Positions 38,191 to 51,199 of a stretch of DNA of 64,000 nucleotides are shown piece by piece. The position numbers and the translations under genes are program-made. The DNA is from Octopus sinensis (Eukaryota). The notes beneath the pieces are model-generated. The model was not told the origin of the DNA. It searched no databases and saw nothing but the letters and a program-made list of their open reading frames with translations. The stretch is taken from contig NC_043009.1 of NCBI RefSeq assembly GCF_006345805.1, positions 28,954,001 through 29,018,000 on the forward strand, given 5' to 3'. Each line of letters begins with the position of its first letter. The stretch's first letter is position 1.

Positions 38191-38962
38191 TATCCTGATA
38201 CATAGAGAAGATGCTAATACATAGAACAGTGTTGGATAGAGGTGGCAGTGATAGAGAGAGATACAGCAATGATAGACAGAGCTGAAAGGGATAGAAAGAA
38301 CAATAGTGAAACTAGTAACTAAGGAAATATTTGGAAGATAATTACAAGCTGTTAGTATTCCTTTTAGTATAGAACAAAAAATCAATGACTTGCTAAGAAG
38401 ATAAACAAGTTCTTTAAGTATTATTGATGTGTTGTTCTTGTTTAAGATCAAGGATCACCAGCATGAAAGAAAAACCCATACAAAAAAGAAAAACTGTTTG
38501 AAAAATACTGTATTCGTCAACTATCTCTAAGAAAGATAAATTCATTTTCAAAGTTGATTAGTGTTTGAATTTTAGTATAATTAATGATTATATACAACAG
38601 AAGAATTAACCTTCATTTTACACTCTTATCTCATTATAGGTATCAAAGAATAATTACAAAAGATATATGATTGTTTTAGAGAATATTTGCAAGATACGAT
38701 TTAAATGTTTATCATGCCGATATATTTCATCATGTTTAATTCCAAAAAATAAAAATAATATCTTTTTCATGATTAACCTTCGTTTTCCACCTCTTGCCTT
38801 GTTCTAGCAAATAGAGACTTATAATTAGATTTTATACTGTTTTAGGGGATGTTTTTTCAGGGAGAATTTAAATATTTGCCAATGTAGCGCATAAATTTTA
38901 ATTCTGAAATATTTGAATAACAAGGGAATAATGATATGTGTGCATGTGTGTGTATGTATATA

Positions 38963-38995
<33 letters not shown>

Positions 38996-40497
38996 TTATG
39001 TATATCTGTATGTATGTGTCTATGTATCTATCTAAGTACATATATACATGTATATATATATGTATATGTTCTTATATATATGTGTGTGTATGTGAGTATA
39101 TACATGTATGTATTTATCTATATATGTATACACACACTCACACACACAAACACATACTTACATACACATGTGTATGATATTGAAATTTGAATTCAGAGCA
39201 GAGGCAGCTAGAATGAAAACTCTAAGACATTCTATTGACAGCTTGCTCATTTGCTGTCATATCTAGTCTCATGTCTGGGAGTGAGCAGTTGCTACTTAAT
39301 CTAATTCAGTGTTTCTCAAACATTTTAAGCTATCCCCACAACACTTTCTATCATTAACACTTTTTCAATGCCTCCTAGCAACGATTCTGTAAAATTAAAT
39401 ACACCACATCTGCATGTGCATGTATATGCAGACATAAGTCAGAATTTTACCTAATGCTGCAGGTGCAGTGACTGCCTTTATGGTATGTTTGGAATTTTGG
39501 CTTTGTCTTTTAAATTACATTTTTGTTTATTGCTTATAATTTACATACAATGATAGCATGTCTTCAGTTTTATTTGTTTCCTTATCTTCATTTCAAAGTT
39601 TAATATCATTACTGGTGTCATTGTTATTGTTATCAAATTTGTTGTAATTGTAGCTAACAAGTAGTTCATTCCAACAGTATTTTAAAATTTGTTTTAAAAG
39701 CTTAATACTTAAATAAAAGATGAAGGTTAAAAAGAGCAGTACAGATGCAGCTGTCATTCAGCATTGCTTTGTTAGAAGCACCCACATAAGATTTTCCTTT
39801 ATCCAGGTGGAGTGATGGGTGGGGGTCACCTACTTCAAGAAGCACTGATTGAGGCTTCAAACTTGTCATTTGACTATTTGTCAAGACTTCTACGTTGTCT
39901 TCGTTTGATGGATCTGGCGCCTTTCGTGGAAGCTTTCGCCCGCTTCTTAGGACAGACTGGGTAGTAAAGAAATATATTTGTCAAGACTTCAGTCATTAAC
40001 ACAATATAACACTGGTACCAGTAAACTCTGTTCCTGTGATATCATTATTGGAACAGTTTCTTACTCTCTGGGAAGCTGTTGACATCACCTACCAAACTTG
40101 TTATCCTCCTATTTCTCCTCCTTGTATCAACACTACTACATCTCACAATCCCATAAACATCACCTAAAACATTTAACTCTGTCCAATGAACCCAAAGCTA
40201 CAAACAATTCCACCTTTGATTTTCCAAAAGATATCAACCCCCAAACATTCAAGCTAATTTTCAAGCTCATCTCCTTCAACAATTTGAGGAACTCTGAAAG
40301 GGCAGGGCATTGTATCATCTCTCCCACTGAATGAACATTCAAAAGGAAAAGTCTTTTACTCCATGTGCTTTAGAGCAATTTCTGCTGCCAAATAAACACT
40401 AGAAGTTCGAAGAATATAATTATATATTTTACAGAAAATGAAGTAAATCTCAAATGTAGTGTAGCTGAGAAAAGAGCTTAGAAAACAGCTTAGAAGA

Positions 40498-40787
40498 TGA
40501 TAGTATGTTGTCAGCTTAATGTGACAGTCCCATGAAAGAGAAGAATATTACTGTTATTTAGCCCTAGGAACCACCGTTTCCTGTTGGACTTGACATATTT
40601 CCTGTGTCCTTATGTTTTCAAAGTGAAGACAAGCACCTTCACCCAACAAAGTTTGTCTTCACTTTGAAAACATAAGGACACAAGAAACCTGTCAAGCCCA
40701 ACAGGAAACGGTGTTTCCTAGGGCTAAATAACAGTAGCATTCTTCCCTTTCATGGGACTGTCACATTAAGTTGACAACATTCTATCA
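40498..40787. repeat. Fold-back inverted repeat, 135-bp arms, 20-nt loop
   Basis: 40498-40632 versus the reverse complement of 40653-40787: ungapped, 10 mismatches by manual count. Confidence 0.95.
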
Positions 40788-41238
40788 CTTTATTGTCCTG
40801 CTACTGCATAAATCTCTCTGAGAGATTTATTTCTAGCTTAGACGATCACAGAGAATCAAACCCTATTCATCTCTCTCATATGTACATACTCACAAATGAC
40901 CAAGGGTGCACCTAAGAGGTTCTCCTACAGGGTACAAGTCTGCATGGAAAGTCACCTCACAAGCTAGGGTTGTTTTTATGTATGACCTGCAGTCACCCAT
41001 GCATACCAGACTTGCCTCTTCATGCCACCAATGTCATCCAAGGGGATGGCAAAGGCCAATACAGCTTGGCACCAGTGACGTCACAACTCCTTTCTACAGG
41101 TGAGTGAACTAAAGCAATGTGAAATAAAGTGTCTTGCTCAAGAACTCAAAACACAGCTCGGTCCAGGAATCGAACTCACAAGCTCACGATTGTAATCTCG
41201 ATGCTCTAATCATTGAGCCATGTGCCTTCACTTCATAT

Positions 41239-41276
<38 letters not shown>

Positions 41277-42721
41277 GTATATTAATTTGATATCTGTTTC
41301 TCCATGCTGGCATGAGTTGAATGGTTTAACCTGGCTTGTTTCCCTTCATGTTCCCTCATAACAACAACCCCTTTTGCCGAATGCACTGAGTGGTTTTCTG
41401 ATGGGCATCAGCACCAGTGAGGTCACCATGTAAGTTGTAAGATTAGAAAAGGCCCCACCCGCTGATTGAAGGGAAGTGTAGTTGCTAGGGAATTGGTTGT
41501 GTGTCAGAGGTTGAGAAGCAGGAACATGTATTTTGGTGCAGAGTAAATACACGACTACTCTGCTTTGTATAAGGTGGGTAGGGAGTAGCAAGTGGCTGGA
41601 AAGAACACTAAAGATGGTAGCAACCAGGTAACCATGCAGCTTTTCTCCTATTTTATTGTGTATAAAAACATATACAATAAATAAAAACATATAAGGTGCA
41701 GTCAACGTTGTGTGGTAAGAAGGTGGCAAGCTGGCAGAAACGTTAGCACGCTGGACAAAATGCTTTTACATTCTGAGTTCAAATTTCGCTGAGATCAACT
41801 TTGCTTTTCATCCTTTTGGGGTCGATAAATTAAGTACCAGTTATGCACTGAGGGTCAATGTAATCGACTAAATCCCCTTTTCTGTCCTTGTGTGTCCCCT
41901 CTATGTTTAGCCCCTTGTGGGCAATAAAGAAATAAGAAGCTTGCTTCCCAACCACATAGTTCTGGGTTCAGTCCCACTGTGTGGCACCTTGGGCATGTGT
42001 CTTCTACTATAGCCTTGGGCCGACCAAAGCCTTGTGAGTGAATTTGGTAGACAGAAGCTGGAAGAAGCATGTTGTATGTGTGTGCATGTGTGTGTGTGTG
42101 TGTATGTATGTTTGTCCTCCATCACCACTTGACAACTGGTGTTGGTGTGTTTACATCCTCATAACCTAGCAATTCAGCAAAGAAGTCTGATAGAATAAGT
42201 ACCAGGTTTAGCAAAAACTTAAGTACAGGTGTTGATTCATCTGGCTAATATTCTTCAAAGCAGTGCCCTGCCATGGCTGCAGTCTTATGACTGAATCAGG
42301 TAAAAGACAAAATATAAATGATATAACAAAAAATATGACAAATACAAAAAAATAAAAGCAAAAAATATTACTTGGTGCTGGCGGTAGGATTTTTTAGAAT
42401 TTATATTCCATCACTAGATAAAGAAGAGTCGATACTTTGCTACTCCAGTTTCGAAATGACATCATTGCTATTTTTATTAATTCCAAATAACACATGACGA
42501 CACCTAACACAAGTCAAACATTAAACAACAATGGATACTGAAAGAACAAACTGTACAAGAAAGACAAAATAAATACAAAACAAATACAAATAATTAATGA
42601 TATAAGCATTATCACACATGCCATATTTGATTAATTAAGGAAGAAACAAACAAAAGTGCCATGCACATGATACATATGTCAGTACATATGTATATATGTA
42701 TATATATACATATATATATGC

Positions 42722-42814
<93 letters not shown>

Positions 42815-43030
42815 TATGTATGTTTGTCTTATTTGTGTTCTCTCAGCTTCTGGCAATATCTAGAAAATGTGATATTAAGGTTAAAAAATGAGTATTGGTG
42901 GAATTAATGTTCACTAGTCTCCCTCTAGTCTACTGATTATTTTCACATTTATTACAAGATTCCAGAATAACCCACCTTCACCCCTCTCTCTTTCGCTCTT
43001 GCCTGTGCATATAAATATGCATATATATAT

Positions 43031-43099
<69 letters not shown>

Positions 43100-43606
43100 T
43101 ACATATATATATATACATATATATACATATATATATATGCATATATATATGCTTATATATATATATATATATATAGATAGATAGATAGATGCATGTATAT
43201 GTGCATGTATATATGTGGTTAGATTTTGTTCAGGTAATTGTAATAAATGACACTAGTGAAGAACTCAACAATCCAAAGTAAAGATTCTTGGTATGTACTG
43301 CCTTCTTATATCGCACGGTGAGATATTGTTGATCTCCTCTCATAAAACCCTTACTCTCCACTTACTGGTTCCCATCATCACATTGCGGTCATGCTGCAGC
43401 ACTCCCTTCAAGGTGTATTAGTACGTTATGACAAAATCTGAGTTATGTTTGATATTTATTTCATCCATTGTGTAAGATAGAAAATGTAATGCCATATGGA
43501 CGTTGGATTAAGGGATGTTAACTTGGATTTAGACATAAATATTGTGAAGTATTCCTACTGGAATATACCAATCCCAACTAATATATATATGTGTGTATAT
43601 ATATAT

Positions 43607-43638
<32 letters not shown>

Positions 43639-43860
43639 GCTAGCTAGCTAGATATATATATAATATATATATATATATATCTAGCTACGGCATTACATAT
43701 TCTAAAATTGGATGATGATGATGATGATATGTATGTATCTATATCTATATACACACACACACTATATAATATTCATAGGTATATATATGTATGTATATAT
43801 ATATATATATATACATTTATATATATATACATACATATACATGTATATACATATATATAT

Positions 43861-45072
43861 AAAACTTAGATAAAACTTAGATATGTTTCGACCAGAGATT
43901 GGTCCAGGCCATGTCTAACTTAATAGCACCACCTGATAGGATTATTCGAATCCTGTTTAAGTCAAGTTTTGTTCAAGTAGTGAGTTCTTGTTGGGTGAGT
44001 TGTATCCAGTTTTGTTCAAGTAGTGAGTTCTTGTTGGGTGAGTTGTATCCAATTATGGGTGGCTTGTCTGGTATTCTTTGAAGGAATCTATCCAGACTCT
44101 GTTTGAAGTTGATGGGATCCTTTTCCTCTTTGATCTCCCTCGGGACAATGTTAAATAGGGCAGGGCCTGTTGAGGAAAAGAAATTATGTTGCAGTGTACA
44201 TGTATGTTGTGATCTTGAATTTGGCAGGGGACGTATAACCCGTGGGTCCAAGTCTCGGATGAACCTTGAAGCTAATGTTTAGGTCGTTTGGGCAAAGTTG
44301 GCGGTATATTTTCCACATCGTACAAATGATGTACGCTCACGGCGACGCTGGAGGGAGTAAAGTTTCAAGGCTTAAGGCGATCCCAATAGTCGAGAGCAGC
44401 CATGCCTTCAATTTGTTTAGTGAGAGCCCTCTGGGGTGACTCAATTCTGGAGATGTTTTGTCTTGTGTGAGGAGACCACAGTGGGCAGCGGTATTCAAGG
44501 TGTGGCCGTACAAAGGATGAAAAAAGTGGTATGATGACACCTTGTTCTCTGGACCGGAAAGTTCTTAAGATCCAGGAACTCATCCTACGAGCTGTATCGA
44601 CCTTCTTGTTGATGTGTGCACTCCAACTGAGATCGTCATCAACAATTACACCCAGGTCTCTGATATTGTTAGAGGCTGTGAGCGTTCCCCTGAAGGAAGA
44701 GAGTAGTTGTTTTAGTGAGGAATTTCTTCCAAAATGCATCAGCTCAAATTTTCCCTCATTCAGTTGCATTTGTTTCTGTCTGCCCATTGACTCACAGCAT
44801 ATAGGTCAGACTGGAGTTGAGTTCGGTCTGCTTCTTCATTGACGATTTGCTGGAGCTTAGTGTCATCAGCGAATATTTTCACTTTGCAGTGATGTACGAC
44901 ACTGGAAAGGTCGTTTACATAAATTATGAAGAGTAGCGGACCCAAAACAGTTCCCTGGGGAACACCGCTGGTGACTTTTGCTGGGTTGAGTGGACTCCAT
45001 CAACTACAACATGTTGTGTTCTATTCGCTAGGAAATACTGAATCCAGTGTAGAACTTTTCCACGGATTCCAA
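43861..45072 (-). mobile_element. CR1/L2-group LINE, 5'-truncated: RT domain, C-terminus and 3' end; frameshifted
   Basis: Minus translation GIRGKVLHWIQYFLANRTQ..SGVPQGTVLGPLLFIIYVNDL..KIFADDTKL..RDLGVIVDDDLSW..VRPHLEY..WSPH..LYSLQRRR. 3' end carries a duplicated ATCTAAGTTTT tail. Confidence 0.92.
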
Positions 45073-45081
45073 ATATATTAA

Positions 45082-45124
<43 letters not shown>

Positions 45125-45158
45125 ATATATAGTGTGTGTGTATGTATACACACACACA

Positions 45159-46016
45159 CAAGGTGCGAAGAGTAAATTGCTACCAGTTTATATTTTCAAT
45201 TTCATGCACATTGCTGGTTTTTGATTTCATCAACTACAGAGTACAGTAGGGTCAATTGAGCACCATCTGTGAGGAAAACAACACCATGACACAACTCACT
45301 ATGCCGGAAATTTGGAAACGACATGCTGCACTGCTTGGCATTCATGCCAGAAGCTCCGCCACGAACATTTCAGAGTGTCTGAGTGTCAATCTGTGGACAT
45401 GTACCGAGAGTGATAAAAATCAAACATCCAGTCAACTTCATGATGTTTGGAGTGATGGCGACATTATGCCTCCAGTCATCTTCCTACACGGTCTCAGACT
45501 CAACACAGAGGCTTACATCAAGTGCTGGGGGAGTTAGTATTGCCCTGGGTCAAGAGGGTGGCTACTGGAAGACTCTGTGTCTGGTAACTGGACTCTGCAC
45601 CATGCCACACAAGCAGGAGAACCCAGTCATGGTTTTCAGACAATTTCTGTGATCACATCAGCCCTAATATATGGCCACCTAATTCCCCACACTGCAACCC
45701 CACCTTGATTATTATGTGTGGGGCACAGTTGAGTGGGAGATCGACAAAACTCTTTGTAACACCAAAGATGAACAGAAGGCAAGGATTATGGCAGCATTCA
45801 CCAACTTAAACAAGGAGACTGTACAGAAGACTTGCAGGTGATTGTGAAGTTGTTTGGATGCTGTGGCTGAAAACAATGACGATTTTGTTGAATAAATTTA
45901 CTCTTTAGTATTTCAAGATATTTTCATGTAATTTTAGTAAATACAAGTGTTAAAATGTGATGTCAATGTTATTTTCACTTTTGCATAATTTAGACGACAG
46001 TTTATTAACCACACCC

Positions 46017-46018
<2 letters not shown>
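45159..46018 (+). mobile_element. Tc1/mariner transposon remnant, DD37D (maT-like), internally deleted
   Basis: ..DGDIMPPVIFLHGLRLNTEAYIKC..DSAPCHTSRRTQSW..WPPNSPHCNP/LDYYVW..TKDEQKARIMAAFTNLNKETVQK; 37 residues between the 2nd and 3rd Asp. Right TIR ..ACCACACCCTG|TA; left end CAAGGTGCG.. is degenerate. Confidence 0.9.
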
Positions 46019-46055
<37 letters not shown>

Positions 46056-47567
46056 ATGTATATATATATATATATATATATAAGTATATATATGTACATA
46101 CATATAAATATACTCTGTTATTCTGTTAAGCGTTTCAGCCCTAAGGCTGTGGCAATGCTGGGGCACCGATATATATCGTGTACTGCTCCATTATTGATAG
46201 GATCAACAAAAAAGTACTCCATCCAACATGAGATGAATATCATCTACTAAATACAGGATGTATATTTAAATAGGATCTACTGTATGTTTTATGCTGAAAT
46301 AGGGCAGTAACTGGCCAAGTTTGTATGACATGAAATCATTTAGCATTCTGCAATCGTTCAGGTTTCAGGTTCTAACAATAAAAAATTACAAAGAGTGAAT
46401 GAGAGACTGAAGGAAAGAGAGAGAGAGAGAGAGGGAGTGATAGAAATGGGGTGAAGAGAGCAAGCGTTATGTGTTTCTAGTCTTCAGAGAAAAAGAGAAA
46501 TATTACCTTAGTAGGAAACAGTTCAGGGTTGATAACAGAAAGGGTATCCAGCCATAAAATACCTGCCTCAGTGAATTCTGCCTGACTCAATTGAGCATAT
46601 AAAAGGGGACATGAAAGCAATATTTATATATATACACACATACACACAGACACACACACACACATATATTTATCATGCAATCATGTAATCAATCAGATTT
46701 GTGAATGTTGTTACACATCACTGGTCACAATGTTCTTTGATTCATTTTCCCTTCTAAATGATATCACCTTGCTGGTTAGGTGAGAAGATCAACACTCTGC
46801 CTTGATTGGAAGCCTAATCCATCACAGGGTGTACCCATTTGCAGCCGGGTGAACTGGAAGAACATGAAATAAACTGTTTTGCTGAAGAACACATGAAAGC
46901 CAGTCTGGGAATTGAAACCACAATTTCATGATCATGAGCGCAACATGCCTGACCACTAAGCCATGTGCCTTCCTCCTCCCACACATATACATACATGTAT
47001 ACATATTTATAAATATACTTACATACATACATAGTATACATGTATATATGTATGTACATACAGTATATATATATATATATAAATATACATTTATAAATAT
47101 GTATTCACATTGATCATGTGAATGCTTTCCCCCACCAACCAACCTACCACACTATTTCTAAAAATAGCAACCATCCTTGCCAAACACACATATAAGACTG
47201 GAGATGAAGAAAAATGGTTGGTCATTCCCCTAAAATTCTATAAAAATACTTAAATATGATTTCTGATGAAGCTTTGACAAAGCAATACATGCTTTCTACT
47301 ATCAAACACTGTCTACAAATTCTTTCTGTATATATACTTATATACAACCATGATCTCTGATGAACTTTTAAATGATTATGAATTTATATTACTACCTATT
47401 TTGAACACTTTTATGTAAACTTTTTAAACCACAAAGCCTCACTTAACATTTTCTTATTGTGGTCAAAGACTCTATCACTGTATTTTGATACATCTATGTT
47501 AACCATTTTTTAACAACACAAAGGCTACATAAAGTCTTACATTTTACTTTTGAAAATCTTTTTTTAA

Positions 47568-47787
47568 CCCTTTCGTTACTGTATTTATTTTGAGATGCTC
47601 TGTGTTTCTTTCAATTACTATAAATATAACAAAAAATTTAGTAAAATAACTTGGTTATCATTCAGCTAGTGTTAGGAACATAAATTGGGACTAAGGTTTG
47701 ATAGAAGATTTTAATTCAAAACTTATGAAAACAAGACATTTGTACTCAGAACCAGAACCGGTTTCAGCCGGGTTAGTAACGAAAGGG
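47568..47787. mobile_element. piggyBac-type MITE
   Basis: TTAA|CCCTTTCGTTAC ... GTAACGAAAGGG|TTAA: perfect 12-bp TIR with a TTAA target duplication. A decayed relative may lie at about 8180-8672. Confidence 0.9.
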
Positions 47788-49320
47788 TTAAAAAAGTGAA
47801 ACCGGTCAAGTCAATAAACATCTTCAAAGACCTCTGCATTTCCAAATCCTCTTCCCTATATATTTTCACTCTTGTACTACTTTCCAATTTTACTTTATTA
47901 TACGTATATGTATATATATTTACGCATGCATATATATATACACACACATATTTTATATATTTAGCACAGCCATCTATATTCATGCGGCTGTTGTAGATAT
48001 GTGTCAAACACGATCATAGTGGAGTTATGAAAATGTTGGTTTTATTGTTATTAACATATGAGTGTTTATATGTCAGCAATATTGATTGATGTTACATGGT
48101 TGAAGTGGCAACTTTGCTAGAAATGATAATGGTTTTTTTTTTGTTTATTTGTTTGTTTTCTGGCCATAGCTGAAGTCGTATGACAACTAAGTTACTACAG
48201 CCGGTCGGTCTTCGGTCTTCATGTGTGGATCTGTGGACAGATGACAGCTTTGTTGTTTGATAGCATGGTCTTCTTTTTGTTCGTGTTCTGCTTTTCTTTT
48301 ATTCTCATCAATGTGAAACTGCTTCTTTTTCTTTTTTCTCTAAAAGAAGTAGTTGCTAAGATTAACAAAAATGTATAAAAAAATAACATAAAAATTGACC
48401 TAAAAATGTAATCATAAAAGATAAAAGAAAGAAAAGGAGAAAAGGAAAACAAATAAATGAAAACTTGAGAAGAATAAGTGGGTATCCTTGAAAATACCAT
48501 AATAAGGATGGCGCTAGAAATTTCATTGATGAAGTGAGTTTTGGAGCGTTGTGATCAATAGCAATTGACCTTTTATAGTACTCTCCATTACAGGTGTAGT
48601 AGATATAATGAACCTTCACAACATCAAAGAAAGCATCCCCAAACATTATTGGGAAATCAAGAGGAAGATACAAAGCAAGAACTGCAAGAAGAAAAAGAGG
48701 GGGCAGAAGAAGAAGGAGGAGGAGAAGAAGAAGAAGAAGAAGAAGAAGAAGAAGAAGAAGAGAAGAAGAAGAAGAGGAAGAAGTGGAAGAAGAAGAAGAA
48801 GAAGACGGAGGAGGAGGAGGAGGAGAAGAAAGAGGAGGGAGAGGGAGGGAGGGGAGGAGAAGAAAAAGTAAGAAGGAGGAGGAGGAGGAGGAGAAGAAGA
48901 GGAGGAGAGGGAGGGGAGGAGAGGAGAAGAAAAAGTAAGAAGGAGGAGGAGGAGGAGAAGAAGGAGGAGTAAAAGGAGGAGGAGGAGGAGGAGAAGAAGG
49001 AGGAGGAGGAGGAGGAGGAGGAGAAGAAGAAGAAGAAGAAGAAGAAGAGAAGAAGAAGGAGGAAATAAATAAAACATATATATATCAGACTATACAATAA
49101 AAATTTGAGAGTGTTTATCCTTCTTAAAAGGGAGCTTTTTGCGTTATTACATGAACGAAGTACACAGCCATGCTTAAGTAGCGCTAAAATGCATATATTC
49201 TGCATGAAGAGAAATAAATAAATAACGGAATGAGGGAATCAGTGAAGACAGCTGCAATTCCCTGAAGGGAAAGCAGCCTTGCACAAAATGGAGTAAACAT
49301 TGTTGATCCCCTTTTAACAG

Positions 49321-49399
49321 GATATTTTGGTTAAAAGAAATAAAACTAACAAAATGCACGAAGCAAAACGAGAAACTTTTTCTGATATTATTTGTTTGG
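49321..49399 (+). CDS. Candidate 79-nt exon (DILVKRNKTNKMHEAKRETFSDIICL)
   Basis: CCCCTTTTAACAG acceptor, TGG|GTATGT donor. Confidence 0.2.
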
Positions 49400-50269
49400 G
49401 TATGTGGTATATTTATTTGTTTTAAAGCGTTATAACTCAATCAGATTCTGTCAAGGGCAAAAGAATTTCTATATTTACTGAATGTTTTCCTAAGAAGCTT
49501 TAATACAAGTGCAAACAAGGCTCTCTGTAAGCTATCCTCCAGAGATTAAAGGAATGAAGCAAGTGTTTACAGTCAAGCAGTCTAAATCAGAAAGCAACAA
49601 AAACTGATTGAAGATCAGGGGCAGGAAAAACACTGCATCAAATGATTTGGTTCCAGTCAATGACTCCAGCAAACAAGAATGTATTAAGGGTTTGTCAAAT
49701 AGGGTTACAGTTTTTCTTATTTTTTTTTTATAGAGTTCTGAAGTGTGAAAGAATGTTAAAGGATTGCAGTGAAGTGAATACGTCTGATTATTAAACCAGC
49801 CTCGACTCTTCTGAACTATTTGCTTCCATTTCGACATTAAATTCTTTCTATCTTTCTTTCAGGGTTTGTAATTCCAATGATGAAGATGTGACACTTAAAT
49901 GGGAATGTGTTCTCTTAGACTGAATAGGTGAGAAGGATCAGATGAAGCCAAGGAAAATGAAGTAATTTCTATATTGGTAACGGCAATATGGCACAACATT
50001 ACATGTATGGAAGCAGCTCAAAAGAGATAAAAATTCCTAAGAACTGAAACCATCACATCTCGCTGGTCAATATAGCTTCATCTATTGCTACTTTGTGTTG
50101 CTTCTATGACTAAACAGAACCCCACTCTTTTCCCTTCTACTCTCCCCCACTTCGGAACTTTCCTCTTGCATCACTTCTCCCATGTCAAATAATTAGTTAA
50201 CATAACCAAAGAAATCAATAAACAAACATTATTCACAGCATAATTCATTTCTTGAAAATTTTGTGATTG

Positions 50270-50460
50270 AATTCTTCTGCTATCAATGAGTGTGACGGAA
50301 AAACGTGTCCTTCATATAGGCTGCTCTCATTGAGCGTAAAGGAAGTATGTGCTTCTTGTAAGCTATTATCAATTTGTGTATGAAAGAAAGGGGGTACTTC
50401 ATGGAGGCTGTTATCAACTAGTGTGAAGAAAGAGTATATTTCATGTAGCATGCTACATGT
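50270..50460. repeat. Degenerate 42-45-bp tandem repeat, four units
   Basis: Units begin (G/A)(C/T)T(A/C)TCA(A/T) and end (A/G)GC(T/A); unit lengths are multiples of 3. Confidence 0.7.
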
Positions 50461-51106
50461 GAGAGATAACTGCAAATGACTGCAACAAATGAATACGCAG
50501 AAAAATTAATAAGACCCTCTTGAATAAATAAATATATGGATGGCAGGCATGGTTGGGGTGGTTAAGGAACTTGTATTTGTACGCATATGGCTTTGGACTC
50601 AGTCCCACAATGTGGCAATTTGGATAAGTGTCTTCAACTACAGCCCCAAGCCAAACAATGCTGTGAGGGGATTAGATAGGCATGGAAAACTGTGTGGAAG
50701 ACTGTTGTATGTATGTATCTATATCTATATCTATATTCACACACACATATATTTATATATATATGTGTATATACATCATCATCATCATCATTTAAGATTT
50801 GATTTTCGTGCTGACATGGATTGGCCGGTTTGACAGGAGCTGACAGGCTGAAGGGCTGTTCAGGCTCCCTATCTGTTTTGGCATGGTTTCTACAGCTGGA
50901 TGCCCTTCCTAATGCCAACCATTGTACTGAGTGCTTTTACACAGTGCTGGCATGTGATGAAGATGATGACGATGACGACGTTGATGAGTGTGAAGAAATG
51001 GATTTTAATCTAATGATTTTATAATCTGAACCATTACTGCCATGAATCCATTTTATTCCAATATGTAGAAAGAATCAACATTAGCAAAGTCTATAAACAC
51101 ACTCAC

Positions 51107-51199
51107 CAGTTGTTTTTTGTTTACATTTCACTTCTCTTTCATTTTCCAAAACAATTAATGTTTGTTTTTGTCCCCTTAAACTTTTTTCATTGCACCATC
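51107..51199 (-). CDS. Candidate 93-nt phase 1-1 exon (WCNEKSLRGQKQTLIVLENEREVKCKQKTT)
   Basis: CAG acceptor with a weak pyrimidine tract, CTG|GTGAGT donor, single open frame. Confidence 0.2.
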
